DNA from: Gammaproteobacteria bacterium
Lineage (GTDB): Bacteria > Pseudomonadota > Gammaproteobacteria > Steroidobacterales > GCA-2729495
DNA: 64,000 bases
Assembly (NCBI GenBank): GCA_023383705.1
Contig: JAHDYM010000005.1
Span: 2,695 to 66,694, forward strand
Direction of reading: 5' to 3'
The notes beneath the pieces are model-generated. The model did no database searches. It worked only from the letters and a program-made list of their open reading frames with translations, and had not been told where the DNA came from. Made by a program: the position numbers and the translations under genes. Of the stretch, positions 46,866 through 54,213 are shown piece by piece. Positions within the stretch are counted from its first letter, which is position 1, and each line of letters opens with the position of its first letter.

Positions 46866-47572
46866 AGGCCATGGTTGGCAGCCTGACCTACGGCCGGGAC
46901 ACTATCCGCTACGAGGTACGCTTCCTCACATCGCGCCAGACGCTGGCCATCGAGGTCCATCCCGACAGTCGTGTGCTGGTGCGCGCACCGATGGGCTGTC
47001 CGGAGGCCCTGATCGTGGAGCGGCTGCAGAAGCGCGCTGGCTGGATCAGCCGGCAACTGGCCGAGTTCGAGCGCTATCGCCCCCGTACTCCGGCGCGACA
47101 GTACGTCAACGGTGAATCGCACCTTTATCTTGGCCGGCAGTACCGGCTGAAGCTGATACCGGGCGATGCGGCCGGCGTGAAACTCGCACGTGGCGTGATG
47201 CTTGTCAGCCTGCCTGGTGACGCTGACCCGGAGCGCGTCAAGGCGCTTCTGCATCGTTGGTATCTCGACCGTGCCCGGGCCGTGTTCAGCGAAGTCCTGG
47301 AAGCCGGACTTCTCCACCTGAAGGGCATCGACCAGCCGCATCTGATGGTGCGTGCAATGCAATCTCGCTGGGGCAGCCTGTCACGCGCCGGCACCATGAC
47401 ATTGAACGTGAATCTGGTGCGCGCGCCTCGCCCCTGTATCGAATACGTGGTCACCCACGAGCTGTGCCATATCCGGTACCGCGATCACGATGGCCGGTTC
47501 TTCAAGCTGCTTGGGCAGCTGATGCCCGATTGGGAGAACCGTAAGCGGAAACTGGAGGCGGCGTTGCTATGA
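46862..47572 (+). CDS. M48/YgjP-like (DUF45) zinc metallopeptidase
   Basis: 236 aa. The GTG start overlaps the hsdR stop (ATG 46871 is the alternative start). It carries the HELCH zinc motif (VVTHELCHIRYRDH). Confidence 0.8.
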   Translation: MKAMVGSLTYGRDTIRYEVRFLTSRQTLAIEVHPDSRVLVRAPMGCPEALIVERLQKRAGWISRQLAEFERYRPRTPARQYVNGESHLYLGRQYRLKLIPGDAAGVKLARGVMLVSLPGDADPERVKALLHRWYLDRARAVFSEVLEAGLLHLKGIDQPHLMVRAMQSRWGSLSRAGTMTLNVNLVRAPRPCIEYVVTHELCHIRYRDHDGRFFKLLGQLMPDWENRKRKLEAALL

Positions 47573-47697
47573 GGTGCTGCCGAACCGATGGTCTGCTCGA
47601 TGCCGGTACCAACCATGCTTAAGATAGCCGCCCTTCGGCGTGTTCTGAGTTATCACGTCCCGTGGCACAATTCGCCCCATTCACCGGAGAGAACTCG

Positions 47698-47958
47698 ATG
47701 TTTCAGGCAATGATTCGCGGCGCAGTGCTGGCCGTGTTGCTGGTCGCGACGGCACAGGCCGGGGGCACGCAGTCGCCAGCAACGGCAGCAGCAGGCAAGC
47801 CTGCACCCGTTGCGCAGGCCAACGCTGTGCGCAAGGCTTTGGTGGCGCAGGACGGGCAGGTGGAACTTGCGGCATCACAATTCAGCGATGCGCAGCTTGC
47901 CGGCATGCGTCCGGACTATGCGCAGCTCAAGCCCCGCGCACGTACCAATGCCGAGTGA
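47698..47958 (+). CDS. small secreted hypothetical protein
   Basis: ATG 47698 with GGAGAG upstream. The signal peptide is MFQAMIRGAVLAVLLVATAQA. There is no recognisable domain. Confidence 0.45.
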   Translation: MFQAMIRGAVLAVLLVATAQAGGTQSPATAAAGKPAPVAQANAVRKALVAQDGQVELAASQFSDAQLAGMRPDYAQLKPRARTNAE

Positions 47959-47997
47959 CTGAATCCCTCTTTGCGTCCTTGAGATCTGGTTGAGGTC

Positions 47998-48459
47998 ATG
48001 GCCCGACGCCATCCGGCACTGATTCCGGTTGCCCGCGATCATCATGAATGCCTGATTCTGGCCCAGCGCCTGATGCACGGTACGACGGCACCGGCTCGCG
48101 ACTGGCCGCGCGAGCCGGCGCCACAGGCTGAGCTGCTGGCTGCGTTCTTCAGGCGGCATCTGCAGGCGCACTTCGCGGTCGAGGAGGCACTGGTATTCCC
48201 GGCAGCCCGGGTTGCCGGGCCTGCAGCGGAAGCCCTGGTCGCGCAACTCCTCGACGAGCACCGGAAAATGACCAGCCTCGTCGCCCAGCTGGCGGCCAAC
48301 CCGCAGGTCACGGTGGCCGAGTTGCGTGCCTTTGGTGAATTGCTGAACGCCCACATTCGCCTGGAGGACCGGCAGCTCTTCCCGATGATGGAAACAGGGA
48401 TGCCGGCCGATGCGCTGCTGGACCTGCAGCGGCTGGTTGAAGCACGTTACGCGCCCTAG
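47998..48459 (+). CDS. hemerythrin (HHE cation-binding) domain protein
   Basis: 153 aa. His/Glu pairs recur on helices (DHHECL, HLQAHFAVEE, LDEHRKM, NAHIRLED). Confidence 0.7.
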   Translation: MARRHPALIPVARDHHECLILAQRLMHGTTAPARDWPREPAPQAELLAAFFRRHLQAHFAVEEALVFPAARVAGPAAEALVAQLLDEHRKMTSLVAQLAANPQVTVAELRAFGELLNAHIRLEDRQLFPMMETGMPADALLDLQRLVEARYAP

Positions 48460-50780
48460 AGCTTGCCCAGCGCCGCGAGGATCTTCTCCGGCGTGATCGG
48501 CAGCTCGCGGATGCGCACGCCGATCGCGTTGTAGATGGCGTTGGCGATGGCCGGTGCCGGTACCGTGATGCAGGGCTCGGACAGCGATTTCGCGCCGAAG
48601 GGTCCGCTCGGCTCATTCGACTCGATGAAGATGCTCTGGATGTCGCGCGGCATTTCCACCGCGGTCGGGATCTTGTAGTCGAGGAAATCGCCCGCGAGGC
48701 AGGAGCCTGACACCGGGTCGAACAGCAGGTTTTCCATCAGCGCGTAGCCCATGCCCTGCTGGAAGCCGCCCTCCACCTGGCCTTCGGCGCCGTTGCGGTG
48801 GATCAGCTTGCCGAGGTCGTGCGCGTAGACCACGCGCAGCACCTGTACCTGGCCGGTCTCCGTATCCACTTCGACCTCGACGAACTCCACCGATACCGGC
48901 GAGGGATTGCTCTTCGGCGCGAGGCTGGAGACGCCGATGATCGTGCCCTTTTCCTCGAGCGTGGTCGGTGCCGGGCCGTTCTTGCCGTGCTGTACGAAGG
49001 GAGATTCGGCGCGGGTGACGACCTCGGCGACGCTCAGCGAGCGCTTCGGATCGGCCTTGACCGAGACCCTGCCGTTGGCCACGGCAAGCTGTTCCGGATT
49101 GATATCGAGCATGATGCCCGCGACCTTCAGCAGGCGTTCCCGGACCGTGCGCGCGGCAGCCTGCACGGCGTTGCCGGCACTGTAGGTCGCGCGGCTGGCA
49201 TGGGTGGGCGCATCCACCGGCACGGTGGTGGTGTCGGAGTTCTGCACCATGCGCACGGCCTCCATCGGCAGGCCGAGTTCTTCAGCCGCTATCTGGCAGA
49301 GCGTGGTCGTCTGGCCGGAGCCGATGTCCATCGTGGCGATGGCGAGGTCGGCGGTGCCATCGACGTTGAGCTTGATGATGGCGCCCGAGTGCTCGTAGAT
49401 ATCCGGGAAGCCGACGCAGCCGCTGACCCACAGCGGCTGGCAGGCAAAGCCCATGCCGCGCTTTTTCGTGCCGCTGCCGCTGTCGGCCTTTTTCCGCTGC
49501 GACCAGCCGATGCGCTCGGCGCCGCTCTGCAGGCACTCATCGAAGGCATAGCTGTCGAGCGTCACGCCCGGGACCATCGGATGCGGTTCACCGGCGTGCC
49601 AGGCGTTCTTGCGGCGGAACTCGATGGGATCGAGCTTGAGTTGCTCGCAGATCTCGTCGATCTGCGATTCAGCCGCAAAGCAGGCCTGCGGCGAGCCGTA
49701 GCCGCGATAGCCGCCGCCGATCATGTTGTTGGTATAGACCGTATAGCCTTCCCACTTGCTGTTGGGGCAGCGATAGGTCATCAGCAGGCCGAACACGCCG
49801 TGGACGTTGATGACCTCGGCGCCGTGCGTGGCATGGGCGCCGGTGTCGAGGATGCTCCTTGCATGGCGGGCGGTGAAGGTGCCGTCCTTCTTCACGCCGG
49901 TCTTCAGGTAGACCTTGATCGGGTGCCGCGCGGTGGTGATGAAGTCCTCGTAGCGCGTCTGCTCGATGCGCACCGGGCGACCGGTCTTCCGGCTCAGCAG
50001 GGCGGCGATCGGCTCGATGTAGCCGATGTCCAGCTTGCCGCCGAAGCCGCCGCCGATGTAGGGCGCCTTGATGACCCGCACCTTGCTCTCGGGGATCTCC
50101 AGCGCGTAGGCAAGTTTCTCGCGCACGCCGAACAGGTGCTGCGTGGAGGAGTGCACGGTGAAATTGCCCTGCCGGTCGCAGTCCACGATGCACACGCGCG
50201 GTTCCATGTAGCAGGTATGCACCCGGTGGCTGCTGTAGACACCCTCGAAGATGTAGTCGGCTTCGGCGAAGCCCTTGTCGAGATCGCCGAAGCCGATCAC
50301 CGGATTCACGGCCACGTTGTTGGGCGCATGCTCGTGCAGTTGCGGTGCACCCGGCTGCATGGCTTCTTCGGGGTCGAAGACGGTCGGCAGTTCCTCGTAC
50401 TCGACCTCGATCAGTTCGATGGCCTGCTCGGCGATGCGCAGCGAGGTCGCCGCGACTGCCGCAACCGGCTGGCCGGCAAAGCGCACGGTGTCGCTCATGA
50501 TGAGCATGTCCTGCACCATGCTGCCGGCATCGGTGGGCACGAAGTACACGGGGGTGAACTTGCGCTTGGGTACTTCGGAAGGCACCAGCACGGCTTTCAC
50601 GCCGGGTAGTTTCTCGGCGGCGCTGGTATCGATGCGGAGGATGCGCGCATGCGGGTAGGGGCTGCGCAGCAGCTTGGCGTGCAGCATGCCCGGTACCTTG
50701 ACGTTGACCGGAAAGGCCTTGCCGCCGGTGACCTTGTCGAAGGCGTCGGGACGCTCCGGGCTCGTTCCAATCAGGCTCAT
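48456..50780 (-). CDS. xanthine dehydrogenase/aldehyde oxidase-family molybdopterin-binding large subunit
   Basis: Start trimmed to MSLIGTSPERPDAFDKVTG (CAT at 50778-50780). It carries GGGFGGK and GGGYRGYGSPQ motifs. Confidence 0.9.
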   Translation of the reverse strand: MSLIGTSPERPDAFDKVTGGKAFPVNVKVPGMLHAKLLRSPYPHARILRIDTSAAEKLPGVKAVLVPSEVPKRKFTPVYFVPTDAGSMVQDMLIMSDTVRFAGQPVAAVAATSLRIAEQAIELIEVEYEELPTVFDPEEAMQPGAPQLHEHAPNNVAVNPVIGFGDLDKGFAEADYIFEGVYSSHRVHTCYMEPRVCIVDCDRQGNFTVHSSTQHLFGVREKLAYALEIPESKVRVIKAPYIGGGFGGKLDIGYIEPIAALLSRKTGRPVRIEQTRYEDFITTARHPIKVYLKTGVKKDGTFTARHARSILDTGAHATHGAEVINVHGVFGLLMTYRCPNSKWEGYTVYTNNMIGGGYRGYGSPQACFAAESQIDEICEQLKLDPIEFRRKNAWHAGEPHPMVPGVTLDSYAFDECLQSGAERIGWSQRKKADSGSGTKKRGMGFACQPLWVSGCVGFPDIYEHSGAIIKLNVDGTADLAIATMDIGSGQTTTLCQIAAEELGLPMEAVRMVQNSDTTTVPVDAPTHASRATYSAGNAVQAAARTVRERLLKVAGIMLDINPEQLAVANGRVSVKADPKRSLSVAEVVTRAESPFVQHGKNGPAPTTLEEKGTIIGVSSLAPKSNPSPVSVEFVEVEVDTETGQVQVLRVVYAHDLGKLIHRNGAEGQVEGGFQQGMGYALMENLLFDPVSGSCLAGDFLDYKIPTAVEMPRDIQSIFIESNEPSGPFGAKSLSEPCITVPAPAIANAIYNAIGVRIRELPITPEKILAALGKL

Positions 50781-50797
50781 GTCGGTATCCCTGTCAC

Positions 50798-51268
50798 TCA
50801 GCCGCCGGTCCGGGCAGCTGCCAGCTTGATGGCATCGACGATCTTCGTGTAGCCGGTGCAGCGACACAGGTTGCCGGCGATGGCGTGCCGGATCTGGTCT
50901 TCACCGGGGTTCTTCGTGGTGGCGAGCAGTTCGCTGGCATTCATGATCATGCCGCAAGTGCAGTAGCCACATTGCACGGCGCCGGCATCGATGAAGGCCT
51001 GCTGGAGCGGGTCCAGTGCCGTGCCGCCACCGCCCAGTCCCTCGATGGTGGTGATGGCTTTCCCGGCAGCGCCCGCTGCATACATCATGCAGGAGTACAC
51101 GACCTTGCCGTCCACCTGCACCGAGCAGCAGCCGCAGCCGCCCGAGTCGCAACCCTTCTTGGTGCCGGTCAAATCCAGGCGGTTGCGCAGTACCTGCAAC
51201 AGTGTCTCGTCGGCCTCGATGGACACTTCATGCGTGCTGCCGTTGATCTGCAGTTCGATGGTTTTCAT
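50798..51268 (-). CDS. (2Fe-2S)-binding small subunit of XDH-family enzyme
   Basis: Start trimmed to [15 protein letters not shown] (CAT at 51266-51268). Cluster motifs are [17 protein letters not shown] and CRCTGY. Confidence 0.9.
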   Translation of the reverse strand: MKTIELQINGSTHEVSIEADETLLQVLRNRLDLTGTKKGCDSGGCGCCSVQVDGKVVYSCMMYAAGAAGKAITTIEGLGGGGTALDPLQQAFIDAGAVQCGYCTCGMIMNASELLATTKNPGEDQIRHAIAGNLCRCTGYTKIVDAIKLAAARTGG

Positions 51269-51281
51269 GTGCAATCCTGCC

Positions 51282-52157
51282 TCAGCCCAGCCGCGCGAGC
51301 GCGGTGGCCAGCGTGCGACGTACATAGACCTGGGCGATATGGCGCCGGTAGGCCGCCGATGCGCGGTGATCTTCCACGGCCTCGAAGTCATCGACGACGG
51401 CTGCCGCCGCCGCTGCAAAGCCGGCTTCGCCGGCCGCCTGGCCGCGCAGCGCTGCCTCGGCGCCGGTCGCGCGCACGTAGGTTTCACCCACGCCGCCGCC
51501 GAGAATGATGCGGCAGTCGGCGCAGTTGCCGGCCTTGTCCAGCGTCAGTCGCACGGCGACATTGAGCAGCGACAAATCGTTGGCGTTGGTTTCGAGCTTC
51601 AGGAAGGCGCTGGCGGTACGGGCGGCGGGTGCGGGGATGTCGATGGCGGTGATGATTTCCCCGCGCTGCAAGGCGCTCTCGAACAGGCCGACGAAGAATT
51701 CATCGAGCGGAATGCTGCGCTGCCGGCCTGCCAGGCTGGTCTGGACCTGCCCGTCGAGGGCCAGGAAGGCGGCGGGCAGATCGTAGAGCGGTGCAGCGGC
51801 AGCGACACAACCACCGACCGTGGCGGCATTGAGGATCTGGCGTGGCGGATAGTGGAGGGCATCGTTGATGGCGGCCAGGGCCGGGTTCTTGCCGATCAGC
51901 GGGGCGGCAGCAACCTCGGCGAGAGTGGTCAGCGCCTGGATTGAAACGCCGCCCTTGCTGCTGGCGCCGATGCCGCGCAACCCCAGGCGGCTGATGTCGA
52001 CGAGGGCGACGGTCTCGGTGAGCAGGCCCCGTACCTCCAGGCCGTGTACAAAGGTGCCGCCGGCAACAACCATCGCCCCGGCACCGTAGCGCTGCAGCAG
52101 CTCAGTGGCTTCCTGCAGGCTGGCGGGCAGGTAGTAATCATCGAGATTAAGTGCCAT
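51282..52157 (-). CDS. FAD-binding (CoxM/XdhB-like) medium subunit
   Basis: 291 aa. Y.P.SL.EA..LL......VAGGT is followed by the CO-dehydrogenase flavoprotein C-domain (EDHRASAAYRRHI). Confidence 0.85.
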   Translation of the reverse strand: MALNLDDYYLPASLQEATELLQRYGAGAMVVAGGTFVHGLEVRGLLTETVALVDISRLGLRGIGASSKGGVSIQALTTLAEVAAAPLIGKNPALAAINDALHYPPRQILNAATVGGCVAAAAPLYDLPAAFLALDGQVQTSLAGRQRSIPLDEFFVGLFESALQRGEIITAIDIPAPAARTASAFLKLETNANDLSLLNVAVRLTLDKAGNCADCRIILGGGVGETYVRATGAEAALRGQAAGEAGFAAAAAAVVDDFEAVEDHRASAAYRRHIAQVYVRRTLATALARLG

Positions 52158-52326
52158 GGACTCAGACCTGGTTCAGGCTCAAGGGTATTCAATAACCCGG
52201 TTGCAGAGCATAGTCACGCCCCGGCAGGCCGGGGTTCCCATTCTGGGCAAATCTGTTAGCCGCACGCGCAGCCGGATAGATCGCCGGGCAGGCTCGTGTT
52301 ATCAATTCCGGAGGGGAGAAGCAAGC

Positions 52327-53220
52327 ATGTATCCTGCACCGTTCCGATACCACCGGGCCGCCTCCGTCGAGGCCGCCATCCGGCAACTGTCTGAACTCGG
52401 TGAGGGTGCCCGCGCCCTGGCCGGCGGACAGAGCCTGCTGGTCTGGATGAAGATGCGCTTTGGTGATTTCACCGACCTGGTGGACATCGGCCGCATATCC
52501 GGGCTGGATACCATTGAGCAGGACGCCGCCGGCGTACGCATCGGCGCACTGGCCACCCACGCGCGCATCGCCCGCTCGCCGCTGGCGAAGCTGCTGCCGA
52601 TCGTCGGCGATTGCGCCAACGGCATCGCCGACAACCAGGTGCGCAGCCGCGGCACGATCGGCGGCTCGCTGGCCTCCGGTGATCCGGCCTGCGACTGGCC
52701 GGTGCTGCTGACCACGCTCGACGCGAAGCTGCATACGCAGGGGCCGGACGGCAAGCGCGACCTGCCGGTCGACGGCTTCGTCGAAGATCTCTACGTGACG
52801 AAACTCAAGCCCGGCGAACTGATCACCGGGATCAGCTTCGCGATGCCGGCCAGGGGCAGTGCGGGTGCCTATGTGGGCTTCAAGCGCTGCGCACCGGCCT
52901 ATCCGACGATTTCAGTGGGCGTGCAGCTCAGCCTGAAGGACGGACAGTGCGAGGATATCCGCATCGCACTGGGTTCGGCCGGGCTTACCACCATCCATGC
53001 GCGCGCGGCCGAGGCCGAGCTCAGGGGCAAGACGCTGACGCCGGCCAGCCTGGCGCGCGCGGCGGATGCCGCAGTCGACGAGTGCGATCCCGTCGAAGAC
53101 CAGCGCGGTTCCATCGCCTTCAAGCAGTCAATCATCAAGGTGCTGGTCAAGCGCGGCATCGAGACGGCCCGGCGCCGCAGCCAGGGCGAGACAGTCGAGG
53201 TAAGCCATGAGTACTACTGA
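52327..53220 (+). CDS. FAD-binding (CoxM-like) medium subunit, second enzyme
   Basis: Start set at ATG 52327, preceded by GGAGGGGAG. FRYHRAASVEAAI..L......LAGGQSL is followed by RSRGTIGGSLA and EDQRGSIAFKQ. Confidence 0.85.
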   Translation: MYPAPFRYHRAASVEAAIRQLSELGEGARALAGGQSLLVWMKMRFGDFTDLVDIGRISGLDTIEQDAAGVRIGALATHARIARSPLAKLLPIVGDCANGIADNQVRSRGTIGGSLASGDPACDWPVLLTTLDAKLHTQGPDGKRDLPVDGFVEDLYVTKLKPGELITGISFAMPARGSAGAYVGFKRCAPAYPTISVGVQLSLKDGQCEDIRIALGSAGLTTIHARAAEAELRGKTLTPASLARAADAAVDECDPVEDQRGSIAFKQSIIKVLVKRGIETARRRSQGETVEVSHEYY

Positions 53221-53704
53221 ACCCATCGCCCTGGTGCCCGTCGAGGTCACGGTCAACGGACAGTGGTATCGGCGCGAGGTCGAGCCCCGCCTGCTGCTGG
53301 TCCAGTTCCTGCGCGAAGAGCTGCGCCTCACCGGTACGCATATCGGCTGTGACACGACCTATTGCGGCGCCTGTACGGTGCTGCTCAACGGTGCGCCGGT
53401 GAAATCCTGCACGGTGCTGGCGGTGCAGGCCGACGGCAGCGAGATCCTCACGGTCGAGGGACTGGAGCAGGACGGCAAGCTGCATCCCCTGCAGACGGCG
53501 TTCTCTGAACACCATGGGCTGCAGTGCGGGTATTGCACGCCCGGGATGCTGATGTCCGCGCATGCGCTGCTCGCGGCCAATCCGGAGCCCAGCAGCAAGG
53601 ACATCCGCAAGGCGATCCAGGGCAATCTGTGTCGCTGCACCGGGTACCAGAATATCTTCAAGGCGATTGAAGCAGCCGCCACCGAGCTGCGGGGAAAAGG
53701 CTAG
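53207..53704 (+). CDS. (2Fe-2S)-binding small subunit (CoxS-like), second enzyme
   Basis: 165 aa. Cluster motifs are GCDTTYCGACTV, QCGYCTPG and CRCTGY. Confidence 0.9.
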   Translation: MSTTEPIALVPVEVTVNGQWYRREVEPRLLLVQFLREELRLTGTHIGCDTTYCGACTVLLNGAPVKSCTVLAVQADGSEILTVEGLEQDGKLHPLQTAFSEHHGLQCGYCTPGMLMSAHALLAANPEPSSKDIRKAIQGNLCRCTGYQNIFKAIEAAATELRGKG

Positions 53705-54163
53705 ATGGGTATCAAGTTCGACGGTGAATTCAGCGTGGCGGCAGCGCCGCAGGTGGTTTACGACCTGCTCTCCGATCCGCAGAAGTTTGCGCCGCTGCTG
53801 CCGACATACCGCAGCCTCGAGGCAAAGGATGACGGCACCACCGATGTGACGGTGGAGGTTGGCGTCGGCAAGATCCGTGGTTCGGCAGTCATCAACCTGG
53901 CGCTGGAGGGCGAGGAGGCCCCGCGGCGCGCAGCCTACAGCGGCAAGGGCAAGGTGATGGGCAGCGCCTTCAACATGCAGACGGCCTTCGATCTCGAGGC
54001 CGCCGAGGGCGGCGGCACGCGGGTGAAATGGGAGGGTGACCTCAGCATGTTCGGCAAGCTGGTTGCGCTGGCTGGCGGCCTGATCCGGCCGATTGCCAAG
54101 AAGGACATCCAGCGCCTGATCGATGCCATCCAGGCGGCCTTGTCGCCTGGCCAGGCGGGCTGA
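53705..54163 (+). CDS. CoxG-like SRPBCC-fold protein
   Basis: 152 aa. The N-terminus is G.F.V.A....V...L.DP......P. Its position between the small and large subunits also fits. Confidence 0.7.
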   Translation: MGIKFDGEFSVAAAPQVVYDLLSDPQKFAPLLPTYRSLEAKDDGTTDVTVEVGVGKIRGSAVINLALEGEEAPRRAAYSGKGKVMGSAFNMQTAFDLEAAEGGGTRVKWEGDLSMFGKLVALAGGLIRPIAKKDIQRLIDAIQAALSPGQAG

Positions 54164-54213
54164 GATTCCTGGCCGAGAGGACTGGCCGGGACCATGCAGG
54201 GAGTGAGTGCATC

